Assembly (NCBI GenBank): GCA_046563655.1
Contig: CM102290.1
Span: 7,812,001 to 7,876,000, forward strand
DNA length: 64,000 nt
Reading direction: 5' to 3'
DNA from: Yuukianura sp. NJ FZ-2021
Taxonomy: Eukaryota
The notes under the pieces were generated by a model. It had not been told where the DNA came from and did no database searches. It saw nothing but the letters and a program-made list of their open reading frames with translations. The stretch's first letter is position 1. Each line of letters begins with the position of its first letter. Positions 48,401 to 61,600 of this stretch are shown piece after piece. The position numbers were made by a program, and so were the translations under genes.

Positions 48401-51400
48401 CCTGCTAGGGAGGTCGTATTTCGCAATACGAATTTTTTTAATTAAGACCCACAGCTCCATACCAACTTAATCTTTGATCTCTACTTTCTTCGGCTTCGGC
48501 TTTCTTCGGTTCGCCATAACCGCCGGCAACCGATCATAAGTCGTTAGCTCAAATTTGATCGCTTGAGAGCTTATGAACGATGTCCGTTTTTTATTAGTCT
48601 GAACATGAAAAAAAATCCAGGAAATTTTTAAATTCATTTTTAAACTAATTCGAAATGAGATTTAGTTTATGGCAAAATTTTCATACTGGGTTGACATAAT
48701 CGCTTTTGTACCTAAACCTACCATGTTTAGAATATGTTGTTACTGGTTTTCGTTGAATTTTTCTTTTACAAATTTGGGCTTTGAAAATATTTTGTTTTTT
48801 TACTGTTGCGAGGTTAAGTTTTACAAATAACTTGTGAAATTCCAACAGAAAAGAAGGTTCCTGTTCAAACCAAAGAAAAAGGAAAAGAACCATTTTGGTA
48901 AATTAGGCGTTTCAAGAGGGGTCTTCAATTCTAAATTTTTTAGCATTTTTGTCCATTTTTAGTGCAAAAGCCTCCTAAGCGTCAGCATATAACATAAGAC
49001 ACCATCATAAGGATTTGGCTCAAACTCAACTTTCTCCTACATTCTTCCCGCCCGCCCTGACTTTCACTTTCATTTGAATTTGATGAATAAGCGTTCGCAT
49101 TTCCTTTAATTTCCCTTGCCTACAGCAATTTAATTTGCCCTGCACCTTCATCCGCCATTTCCGTGTTTCCCGCCCTCCGTTCATCTTCCTGCTCCAGTTT
49201 TTTTTCTTGAGATTTTTTTTTGTTTACTGCGCATGGCCTCAGAGTGATATCTTTACTTTCTCTCCATTTGCTAAAGAAAAATATTTACACTCCAGGCTAA
49301 TAATTTTTTATATGACTTTTTTTTCTAGAAAGTTTTTCCATTTACTCGTTTTTTTTTCTTTTTCATTACAATCTTTGTTCAGGAAAGCCGTACGAAGGCA
49401 AAGTATGAATTAGCTGAGCGTGAAAGGCTTGATCCACTCTTGAGCACCAATGAGGTTCGTAATTACTTTTTAGTATTACTTTGAATCATTTATGTTTTTA
49501 ATTATTTTAAACAGAAGTTTAAACTTTTCAATCTCGTGGCTGTCTGCTTGTATTTTAGCTTCTAACTTTGCCTACTCTGTGTTCTGTAGTTTCACTCTAG
49601 AGACTCATAGTTGTTTGACATGACCTCGCTTTGACCCGCTGCCATTCGAGCCAACAAGTCCCAAAAGGCTGATTTCCTGTTTCATTTCTTGAGAAAAAAA
49701 TAATAGCAAAACGAAATAGACGAGCCAATTTTGCCTTTCGCTTTCACTTGACTTTCTCCCGAAGATTCTGTTCAAAACGTTCCCGTTTGGTTTGGAAGTG
49801 TTCAGAACCGCCTATTAGTTGCGGAAGAGGAAGCCCTTATCAACACTGGCAGCACTTCTCTGGAGAAATTGTTCCGCTGGAATAGAAGAGGAAGAGGAAC
49901 ATGTACACTTAAGAACATGGGATTCCAACAGATAATAGTCATCGGACCAGAAGAATTCTGCTTTCTTCCTTTTCTCCGCTGAAATTGACTTTCGCTAATG
50001 CTGTCCCCTGCCTCCACTTCCAGTCCTCTTTAGTCTAGGTTAGGTTAGGGTAGGGTGTGTCTTTATGTAGCGGAGAACAAACAGTTAACATACCACGTTG
50101 CACCAAACGCCTTCAGGTTCTTTCCAAATCGTGATAAATACTTGGCCGTCAAAGTCTTCTTGTCGCTTTAGAAGAACTTGTAATAAAGTGAAGGAAACGC
50201 CTTGGAGCGACGTAATATATGACTACTTTCACCACAAAGAAAAGTGGTTACCGTGTTTCAAGGTTTTGAAAGACCTGCGGATTAAAGACGTAAACTTTAC
50301 ATTCCGAATAGACCAACCAACTTACTCAAAAATTGATTTTGCGGGAGAATTTTTAAGCAGCTTTTTGGCGGATGTACAACACGAGCTACAAGTTTTTACC
50401 ACTGCTATTAAAATTTTGACTCGTTTTGAAATGGAATGAGAACCCGGGACGTTAAAAACTTTCTCCTGGTTTTAATTCCCTAGTCCAACTTTAAAACTTT
50501 TGGAACCATGCTGTATTATGTAGAAAATGCTTTCAGAGAGGATTTTGGAACGAAAGTTCAGGTTTGGGAGGAAGAGGAAAAGCTTTTGTAATTGGAACGT
50601 GGTCTGAATAAGCAGAATAGAAAATTTTCGTGTTTTCGGAGCTCTTGAGTATCTACGACTTTTACCTTTAGTCAACTTAAGCCTCAACAGAATAATGACC
50701 TGTGTCTAAAGCATAAGAGAGCGTGACAAGGCTGTTTTGAATGGTGAAAGTGCTGGAAACCAATCATGCAACTAAAAGCTTAACTAACGAAAAGTACCTG
50801 GAGCGTAGGCTAATAATGTGGGATGATAAATGACAGTTGACTTTGAACTAACTACTAGTAATTTTGTAAAAACATTTTTTTGCACAAATTTTCTAATTGT
50901 TGTTTTGTTTTCAAATTTTCTAATAATTACAGAGCATGTTGAAGGGTGTTCGGAAGGGAAGTGACGCCAAGGATGTCAATTTGAATGATGGAAGTGACGG
51001 TGGAGGTGGTGGGGGGCAGCCACCATCAGCCGCCGCCCAAAGTGTTCACCATCATCACAATGCCCAAGAGAAGGCGGGCATCGAAGGTCATGGCGGCGGT
51101 GGAGCCAAGGATGGGCCAAAACCAAAAACTAGCCAAAGTGACACAGCTCATGGCTCATTTTTTCTTCGAATGGGAACTCTAGGTAAGGAAAAACTATGTT
51201 TTTGACAAATTTTAAATCGCTTGGATACCTGGAGCGCCGAAAATTCAAAATCTCCGTTTTGAGTTTGTATTCAACCAAAGTACGGCCAGCAAAACGGCTT
51301 TCCAAACTTTTACTTATTTAATTAGGACGGTGTTGTTTGGAACAAAGTTGGTGGTAACCTAAGCTGAAGTTTGAAAAGCTCCATGCGCAAGCGTCGTTTG

Positions 51401-54400
51401 AGAGTCTAATAAGAAGTATTCCTTTTCCTATCATGTCAATTAAGGCTACCCATCTTGCGAGAATTTTGAACCTAACCGCCACACAAACTTTTCTCCGCCA
51501 AGTTACGTCTTAACTGTTCTAAAAACTTTTGGAGAGAACTGGCAGTAGAAAGCAGCTTCTCTGAAAATCAGAGTTATGTGAAAGTTTGGTAGTTGCACTA
51601 ACTAACTAACGCCTAGAAGACTCTCCCAATCTAGCCTTTCTAAGAACATCTTGGAGAACAAATTATAGTAAGACTGAGTGAAGGTAAAGAGAAAGTTTCT
51701 TTCTACAGCAACTTTTCGGACTACTTTTTTGGAAGAACAAGAAGTTGTATATATAATAAATAAGTTTTTCAAGTTGAATGAATTCAAAAGAAGATGATTC
51801 CCTAAGTTTCAGAAGAGAAAAACCGTGTTTCATCATTTCTATGGTTGACTTTTGATTCGTTTGTGTTCGGCAGCATTTGGACTTGGTTCAATGATCTACA
51901 TTGGATTGGAGTTGGGCTCCTTCTTTGAGATACCCTTTGACCACGCTTGTCACAACATTCTGCGTGGAGTCAACCCGCTCCTTCAGCTCATCTTCACGTT
52001 CATGCAGATGTACTTCATCTTCATCAACTCAAGGGTAGGTCTGACATAAAGTCTAAAACATACAACATATTTCTAAGTTAGGTTCGTATAATTCGTATAA
52101 CGTAGGTCTAACTTCGGTGGCTCAGGCCGTTTGGTTCAACTGTTGACTAAACCGTCATTCTGGAAGTGTCAAATGTCAACGTCATTTTCAATAGCGTTTT
52201 AGATCTAAAACTTTGAAATCACAACAACAAATGTCTCAACACAGTTGATTACTACTGACATGTCTCAAGATGCAATTCGTTCATTTTTATTAAGATTTAT
52301 CAAATTGCGAAACTTGGATTTTTTGAGCATTGAAGAGTTTGTGTTTCACTCTAAAAAAAATTTTGCATTCATGAATTGATAAATGTGAAACAGAAGCTAT
52401 AACAAGGTTATATAGTGCGGTTTCAAAAAAATTAAACTTAAGCTTCTTTTTTTTTATAAAACAAAATCCGAAATTGCGGATTTCGTTTTAATTATATTCT
52501 CCCGCCGCCATGTTGTGAGTTTTCTCAAAAAAGGAGCTTAAGAACGGCTAATAAATTTGAATAAATTTTCATGATTTTTTTTCTTTTTGATCCTCTAGTT
52601 GCGGATTCATAAATTCAAAATAATCGCAAGATTTGGATTAATGCACGTTGTGGCTACAAATCTGTGCGTTTGGATCCGAATCCTGGTTCGTGAGTGTCTC
52701 AAGGAGATTACTGGCTACCAACGAAAGCATGGACAGGGCGTTTCGGAAGGATACATGATCATTGGTAAAAAGAAAATTTCTAATGCTACCATATCGTACT
52801 TTTCTTACTTTGAACGTGGAATTGCTGACAACCTACTTTTTTTTGAAAAACCCCTCGTTCTTTAGTCGGTAGATTCAATTCCATCTTGACAATGGACCCC
52901 CGTTTACGGCAAAAATATGATAATGTGCTTTTTCCCCTTTCCGTTTGGTCGGTATACCGTGTAGGTGTAACTGTAGAACTTTTTCGAGTAAACGCACGGT
53001 TTTGTGCGGCAAATTTTTATTTTATACATTTTTTTTGGTGTAGCGGGGAAGAAGAGCTTGTACTCACGACTGGGGTGGGATCAAGATGGAACGACGGCCC
53101 CACCTCCATATACGTTTGGGCAGCAACAGAACTTGGGCGGTGGGAGACATGAAATGGACCAGTTCTTGAGTCCAGCAAACAATGTAGCTCCCACGAAACT
53201 GCCAAATGAAACGTTGTACAACGCCACTTGTGACCGCGTTCCACCGTTCATGGCCAACGTTGTTTCTGACGCAGCTCCATACCTCTTTCCAGTCGTCATC
53301 GAGTACAGCCTAATCGCTGCTGCTGTTGCTTTTATCATTTGGAGAAACATTGGCCGTGGAGTCCCAACAAAGGGGTAAAAAAACCTAAAAATTTGAAGTC
53401 GATTGCAGCGATTTTTCTAAAATTAGTGTTTTTGTTTTGATTGCAGCTCCTCTGAAGAAGGTGATGAAAGTCAACAGGAATGCTGGGAAATGGGGACGGA
53501 GACTTACAGTCGATACACTGGCGGAGGAGGAGATGGGCCTGGAAGTACTTCAGGACCAGTTGACTGTGTCGGAGCCAGCAAAGGACTATTCCTCGGCCTG
53601 CTGCTTCTGGTCGCTGCACTCATCTGTCTCATTCTGTTCTTCGTTTTGGTGACACGAGAACAAGTCAAGTTGAAACTATTGGCCATTTGTTTGGCCGATG
53701 GATCCCATGCTGTCCTGCTCGTCATTTCCCTTCTGGCAACTTTCATTGGATTCATTAGGTGAGGATGGGGCAAAGGAGAGAAAAAATGGCTACGGCACTC
53801 TGCCAACTTTTCTAGCTCATTTTCTGAACGTTCCTTTGAAATCGTATCTTTTGTTCCGTGATTTTTACAGAGTGCGGCGACTGCGATTCCATGGAGACCA
53901 TGGAAGTCCTTTGCGTGACATTCTTCTTCGAGTTTCCATTCTTGGCGTCTTCGCGTATGCTCTCTTCAGTTTGATCGCTGGAACAATTGTCGGCCTCAAC
54001 CTCGACATTCCCCCACTTCTTGTGGGCGGAACTGCAATTTTGGTTCTTCTCCAGGTAGATGCCTAGTATAACTTAAATAGCATTTAATTCTTATGTTATC
54101 GTTCGTGGTTCATAAATTTTTGAATTACGTTTCCAGGTGATCATTCAAATGCTGTTCATCTCGGATGTTGGACGACGTCGGATCCACATGCCCGAACACT
54201 CACGAACAAAACCGGGGCGCCAAGTCGTGACTCTTTTGCTCATTACTAACCTAACAATGTGGGCTGTAATGATTCTGGAGATTCGGAAAGTGGAGTCTGA
54301 TCCGATCCAGTTGGACTTTTTCGGCGTGATCCCATGGTTGCTGATTCAACGATTCGCCCTACCACTTTATATCTTTCATCGCTTCTTCTCTGCCGTCACC

Positions 54401-54463
54401 CTGGCTGAGATCTGGAAGAACACGTACACTATCAAGTACCTCCCTGTGGCCACGGGACCGTAA
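36432..54463 (+). CDS. OtopLa: Otopetrin-family proton channel, OtopLa-like, longest isoform about 856 aa
   Basis: Exons 36432-36761, 42395-42522, 47232-47346, 48128-48322, 49383-49454, 50933-51182, 51874-52034, 52599-52764, 53044-53374, 53447-53758, 53871-54054, 54137-54463 total 2571 nt in frame. Motifs: MQRCPY, KTSLFI, HGSFFLR, FTFMQMYFIF, RFGLMHVVATN, IEYSL, VDC.GASKGLF, KPGRQ, LAEIWK. Confidence 0.9.
45175..45188. promoter_or_regulatory. Perfect RFX X-box
   Basis: The palindrome GTTGCCATGGCAAC lies about 400 bp upstream of the alternative otopetrin ATG at 45585. Confidence 0.65.
45585..45898 (+). CDS. OtopLa: Alternative first coding exon of the otopetrin (MGGGQQVHVATVE...)
   Basis: The start has a caaaATG context and the product is Lys/Glu/Pro-rich. 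The phase-2 donor AG/GTAGAA joins 47232 in frame (NRTSLFI). It resembles the insect OtopLa MGGG..VATV N-terminus as I recall it. Confidence 0.78.
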
Positions 54464-57400
54464 ATCACAGACCCACCGGCACTGGCCCCACCCGACAAAA
54501 AAACTGCTTCGTCAAGCAGTTCCAGCAGAGCAACAGAGAACCAACCTTGTTCTCTTCAGTGGTCCAGGTAGAGCTACTACACACACCCTTAAAAACACAA
54601 CACTGTTTTTTACACAGTTTTAGTCTCTTAGCACATTTTAGTTAGTAGGCTAAGGAAACCTTTAGAGCGTTGTAGGTTTTAGAAACACAAAAAAAAAATT
54701 TTGAAGACTTTTTTGAATTTCAACTGGAAATTTCGGTCTGTCTTACACGTCTCACTGGAAATTTGACTTCAAAAGGCTGACCCTCCTCAATTTGGAACAC
54801 TGCTCACAGTTCTCACAGAATGGAACAAAACAAAAGAGTTTTTTATATCTTCAGAAGGAAATTTCAAACATTTAAAAAAAGTCTTTTCGAAAAGGAAAAC
54901 TTTTTTTTTGAAAACTTGTTTTAAGCTGCATGTGAGAGAGATGCTTATTGTAGAGCTTTTATCACTGTTGACATTAGGTTGTGTTAGACGAGCTAGTTTA
55001 GAATGGATCGTCTAGCTTGACTTCACTTTGGGGTCATTGACCTCAGGAGGTTATTGCAAACGACGCATGGTCAGATTACTCAAAACTGAAATTTAGAACA
55101 AGGGATTGGCGGATCTCTCTGACTTTCTTTTGCCATTTTTTCAAACGTGGAGGTCACTTTATTATAATTTACAATAAAGTCCTGAGACCAACCAGCTCAC
55201 ACAAACTGTACAACTTTTAAGTAAGAGAGAGCCTAAACCACGTTAACATAACTTAAAAAAAATTCATACGTAACTTGAGCGAACTTCTCCGATCCAGCAG
55301 CAATTTCAAATTTCGCGCCAAAAAAAAAAGCTCTAGTAGGCCAGTAGTCTGTCATTTTGTTGTTAACGTTTCTGAGAAAATGAATACTAGAAGCTTTTTT
55401 TCCCAGTCCTGAACCTGACTAGTGATACTAGTGAATGGGTATTTTGGTTTGAATGTAAAAAGCATTTCGTGCGTGTATATTCATAACGTATGTTAAAAAA
55501 TTAACACAAATAGATTAATTGCTTAGGAAAGTTTGGACAATGTTGTCTAATATTGCTCACTGCCATTAAACTTGTAAATGGAAATTTAAAACTGGAGGAA
55601 TTAACGGTTAGAGTTATAATTAAAAAACTTTCATTTAGAAAAGCTAGGTTTTTGTCAAAAATTTCTTAAAATTATACCAACAACCAAGATATTTCGAAAT
55701 GAAAGCCAGAAAGAGGCACTTTTTGTGGAAATGGGGATCTAAAATTCTAAATTGTAAAGTTTCCATGTTTTGTTAAAACTTTTTTTTGTTAAACTCTAAC
55801 CAATTGAGTTAGTTAAGTTAGTTAGATAAGTGATTACAATTAATATACTAAATAAGTTGGGATGATCTAGTCTACTTAACCTATCGTTGTGTAATCCCAC
55901 TCCTTTTAATAATTCCTTTCAATCTCCATCTTTTCATAACTCACAGTTTTTCAAATTCAAGTGAACGTCTTCGATCAACTCAAGTTCAACAAAAATTTTT
56001 GTCGCTAAACCGGCTTCTACTTTTCCACTTCAAATTGGCGTTTTTGCAAAATTTGGAGACTTTTTACACCCATTTGTTATTCGTAATTTCTCACACTTTG
56101 AATGTATACCTTTTTGTAATCGTAGGTGTAGAGATCCTCAAGTTTTTAAAAATTTTCAATTGAAATTTTCTATAACACAAATTTTTAGTAGGTGAAAAGA
56201 GGAAGACACTTGGGAAGGTGGTGAAAACGCAACAAAATGAATTGTTGAGTTTGCTAATTCTGACTAATGTACAATTCTGATTAGGAAAACAAAATAATGT
56301 GCTTCACTGTTGCTAAAATTTTAACAAAAGAAAAATAACAAAAACGAAAAACGTTCATCCAAAAGTTGGAAACAGAAAAAGAGTAAAAAAAATCAAAAAC
56401 AAAGAACTAAAAGTACAAACACCTTCAAGACAAAAACGCAAACGCGCAAAATAGTTATGAATCAACCAATTAACTTAAATTCTACCTATAAAGAACTTTT
56501 AATTTGTTCTTTTTCCCAATATTTCAAAAAAAAAAAAAAAAGAATTGAGTTGAAATTGTTCAAATCCACGGCAGCAAGAAAGCGAACTTTACTTGATTTT
56601 GCTCAATTCGAAAATGAATATTATTTTACAAAGTTGATTTGCTGCTTGTGCGCAAGCGTGTAGCTCATTCGATTGAGCTGTCAGAGATCGGAGAAATTAC
56701 TCCAAAGAAAAATCCAAATCTGTTATAATACCTTGACAGTTTAAAAGAAATTGCCAGCTTTTGGAAATGAAAATGAGGACAAAGGTGAAGAAAGCATATT
56801 ATTCAAGTGGTTAGTTTAGTAAGAAAAAATTCGGATTTAAATCTGTAGAAAAATGTGTAGATTGTGAAAACGTTTTGGACTAATAACGCGTAAATAAATG
56901 TCTTTGTAAAAGTATTTGACCTTCGACCTTTATAGAGTTAAGAGTTGTAACAATTTTCGATGTTTAACATAGGGTTTAAGGCTAACAATCGTGCGTCAGA
57001 TTTCCATTCACTTGGTCACACTGGACATGATTCAAATCTCAGGCAGTTGACAAACTAAGAGGAGTCAGTTTGCTACTTAATCTGCTTCTGCGCATTTTAA
57101 AACGGCACTGATTTCTCTGTCTATAGCTTTAGGACAAAAGTAAACATTTGGAAGTGATGAGTAAGGGTGTGTCTGGTTTATATAGTTGGTCAATTTTGTT
57201 TGAATTGTTTTCGTTTTTTCGTTATTAGGTTCATTACATTTGATTCTTAATTCAGCGCAGTAGATAATTCGTCAGAAGTTGCCTTGTAATATTTTTAGTT
57301 TGGATTTTAGAAAATATTTGGGGGTAAATGAATTGTATGTGAAAATTGAAGATTGAAGTTAATGCTACATTGTAGAATTAGAACTAAATGTTAAGTTTGA

Positions 57401-58631
57401 CTAACTACTGGAATGATGCCCTTGCGGTTTGTTTGTAAATGAAGGCACTTGTGAATGCTAACTAGAAACAGTTTAATGTTAAGAACGTTGGTTAAAGTTA
57501 ATTAGGGTTAAGGATGTTAGACTTTTGTCACGGCAGAATGTTCACAAGTGGCGGTTAGACTTAAAACCAGTGGCATTGACGCTCTTCCCCACTCAAACTT
57601 ATGATTTCTGTTCTTGTCTCTATTTGTACCTCTCTTACAAGGATAAACGTACTGTTATTAATCATTAGTTCAAATGATATTATTATGATTTATAAATAAA
57701 CAAACAAAATCATCCATCAAACTAGTTTCCAAGTTCAAGCTTTTTTTTACTTTAACTATAGCTTCGTTGATGGTTGGCGAAAATAAAGTTGGCATTGCTT
57801 AAATTTTCAAAGTGCAAAAACCTTGGAATTCATATCTCGGGAAGGAATGACTGTCAAGAGCTGATCTCTTCGTCCCTAAATTCAGAATGACACGAAGTTT
57901 TTTTTAATTTTAAAAAGTCCAAGAACATACGTTTTCGAGTTTTCGACTGATTTTAGTAAAAAAAAAATAGATAGGCTGTGCAAGGTTGCTATAGCAACCA
58001 AATTGCACTTGCTACTTGTAGCAATCAACAATTTGCTTGTTTACCCACCTTGAGGCTGTGCACTTCCAGTTTTTAAATTTTATTAAAATTTCAGACGTAG
58101 TTTGTTTGGAAAATTGTAGCACCAAATTATGCGAAATGATGTTTTGCAATGTGAAACGACCGGTCGGGCCTCAGACGAAAACTTTTAGACTTTCTGCCAC
58201 AACTTTGAAAGATATATCTCAGGATCGGAATGCTTTCGTGAGCATGTCTTCTTCTTTCTTCGAAAACGAAATAAAATACGACCGGACCGATTGATGAGTG
58301 GATAGAATATGCTTTTTTTGTTGTTCTTTCATGAGTCAATTTAACCGTTTTATTCTTTTTACGCATTTATTCAATTGAAAAACGTCGTTGGCCTTTTTTA
58401 AGGCAAACTTTCAAAATAACCCGGCGATTTTTTTTAGTTAGTCTTCTACTATCAAATCTATGTGTTTATTTATTTTATTTAAAATTATTTGTAAAATCAA
58501 AAGTTCCTTTCCGCTTGGAATCAAAAACTTTCAAAATCAACAAATTAATTAGCAATCATGGAGAACAGGAATTGGGCACCATACGAAAACACGCTCACTT
58601 GTAACCTTTCATTTGTATTTTATATAATAGA

Positions 58632-61600
58632 TTAAACATGAACTGTGCTATTGTGATTTTCTTCATGAAAACGCTTTCCTCGATCAAAATGGTTTCCCCT
58701 GGACTTTCGGGTGTACTTTGATTTCGACTTGGTCATAAGTTCTTTGTAGGCGTCAAAATCCAAAATAGAATTTCTAGAAAGATCATTTGCAGCACGCGAG
58801 TAAAGTGCCGCTGGAAACATATTAGCAGCCAGTCCAGCCCTTTTGGATTCAGCCTGCATCTGATCATAGTCAACTTCATGGCTTGCTCTTTCATTTGTCC
58901 TACTGGTTTTCATAGGAGAGAACGGAATCGGAGTCCAGTCAGCGTCTTCGATGGATCGGCTAGGAATGAACGGTCGGTGGGACAAAGACGAAGTGTTCGT
59001 GTTCAAATGTTTCGGAATTTTTGTTTCGGACAGCGTTCGGCCAGCAGGTTCATTTGAATCGTCGAGCTCATTTTTCTGGTTGTTCTCAGATTTTTGAAGT
59101 AAAACTTTCAGCATCTTTTTCAACGGTTGACGTTGAATTGGTGACGGTTTCTTTGAGTTTGAATAATCCTCACGGTCATGACCTCTCTTTGGGTTTTTGG
59201 ATGTGGCGCTCGGAGATGGTTTGAAGGTGAATGGCCTCTTGTATTCAGGTTCCATGCTAATCGTCTTCTTCAAAGCTCCATTTGACTTTGTCAAGCTACT
59301 TTCTGTGGGAGTTGGTGGTGGCAGGGGGCGTGGCGAACCGCTACGCCATGTCAAGTTTCCATTTGGTACGTGATGGTGATGATGTGGAATCTTCGGAGGT
59401 TCATTTCTACGTCCAAACGTAAAGAATTTTCGAATAGATTGGAAGAATCCAGAAGGTTCTTCTGGGGTTGAAGGGGGAGCGTGGATCAAAGGCGACCCTG
59501 TTCTGGGCTGGAATTGCTGTCTCTGTCGTTGCAAAATTTGATTCAGGGGTGGAGGAGGCGGGAGAAAGTTGTGCAAGGTGACGGGCGAAGACATTTGCAT
59601 TCCAGAAGTGTTCAGCCGCCCTGTCCTGTGAATGATTTCAACTTGCTTTGACTTTACTTCCTTTGACTTGGCTTCTTCCTTGACAACATCCGCTAACATC
59701 TCTTCCAAGCGCTCTTTGAGCAGAGATTTTACAAGTTTCTTCAAGTCACCGTTAGCCCGACTTCGACTGCTTCCAAAATTTTCTTCCTCGCTGGACATGG
59801 ATTTGCCTCGGGGAGAGGTTTGGACAGGCCGTTGTTCGGAGTAGCTAGTGTCCTGATGGTGATGTTGCAGTTTATGTCGTGGTGGAAGTGGAATGAAGAA
59901 TTCTCCACTAGGATCACTGTAGACATCAATTTCAATTTCATCATCTTCGATGCCAGCAGAAGACTCCTTGAAGTATTGGGTTGCCATTGACTCTGCGATT
60001 TCCTCCATTGTTTCCGGACTATGAAAAAGTTTGGCTTCGTCTTTTTCCAAAGGAACGCGAAACCTTTCTAAACTTGTTTTAGATTTTGAACTTGTTCCTT
60101 CACTGTCCAAATCCGAATGTTGTTCACTTGATGGTGTGAAACTGGCAGACGGTGCAGTGGTAGCTGTATTTGGAAGGCCCATGGGAACCAACAAACCGTA
60201 AGGTGTGTGAATCGGAAGTGGTGGTTGCCGCTTCTTCTCGATGTACTTTTCCATTTCCAAGTCGTAGTGGTTAGACGCAAGAACCTGGAGCTGAAAGTAG
60301 TCAAATTTGAAAAGTGAATTTTCTAGAAACTCAATTGCAAATATTTTCAGAAAACGAAATCAAACAAGTTTTTGTACCATTTGCTCTCTCGGATGAACTT
60401 TTGCAGCGTGGTAGCCAGGAGACGCTGGTCCTTTCCCTACAGCTTTCTCAAATAACGCGGGATCTGATGCACTCAGCACTGGAATCTCTTTTCCATTGAT
60501 ATAAGGTTTAGCCGGAGTAAATGCACTTGGAGGCAACATGTTGGGAAACATGAGAACATAAGCATTTTCACTAAAAATTGGTTCACTTCCTTTGGATTCT
60601 TTTGATTGGGCTGTAACAGTGGGAGATTTAAATGATTCGTGTCGAGATTTGGCCTCACGACTTTCTTCGTGGCGAAAGTTCCTATGCCTGTGCGGGAAGT
60701 CTCGGTTTCGTAGCCGTCTAGAATCAAATTTCGCCTGTGGTCCTCGGTTTGGCTTTCGAAAATTTGGTCTATTTTTTGGCGGCATATTTTGAGACTGTGA
60801 AGGTTGTTTTCGATATCGTTTTTGATTTCGACTACGGCGCGGTTTTTTGGGTTTTGGTGGAATGAAGTCAGAATCGGTGGGAGATTCATCTGAATTGTGG
60901 TGTTGGGATTTGGGTGGTTGGTGAGCTATAAACGATTCTTTCGTAGGTTCATCGTTGACGTGGTTTGTATTTTCTTGAGGGTTGAATTGCGGCGGAGAAT
61001 GGGTTTTGTCGCCTGATTGCGGAAAATCTCCAGCATTCTGAACAAAAGGATCAAAATGATACTGGAGAGGATGACCTTTGTGTAGGGGAGGATTCGCTGG
61101 TTCGTAATCAGGGTTGATTGAGATCGAATGTGAATGCGGTGGGTAGTGTCGATTTGAGCTACAAAAATTAAATTGTGAAAGTAACTAAGTTTTGTTAATA
61201 GTTTTCCAACTTAATTGTAGGAACTTACTACACTTGATTCAAAGCATGTGATTCTGGTGGTGGCGTTGGGATACTAACAAGACCAGGCATCGGCAGCGTA
61301 ATAACTGGCGAAGTTCCTTCTGGAATTTTAGTATGCTTTGACGAATCGCCATGGTGAAGCAAGTTGCCATATTTTGGAGCACTTCCATAATATGGCGGAG
61401 TGTGTTGAGGGGACAGGAAAGTGGACGGAACGTTCGGAATAGAATTAGTATGGTGGTGAGGTGGTAACTTTGGTTCATTTGTTGATTGGATTAGGTTGTG
61501 GTGAAATGCTTTCTCCAGGTCTTGATAACTTTGGGCATGAATAGAATGAGGTTGGTTGTTATGAAAATTGGCGGGGTTTAAATGATACGGTGGAAATGGA

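Noticed and set aside
46923..51250. CDE-CHR/DREAM-like motifs (CGCGCG-N4-TTCAAA near 46923; GCGCCG-N4-TTCAAA near 51234)
   Set aside because: They are intronic, short and have no associated promoter evidence.
54464..54571. About 35 open codons after the otopetrin stop (possible readthrough)
   Set aside because: TAA-A is a poorly leaky context and the length is within chance.
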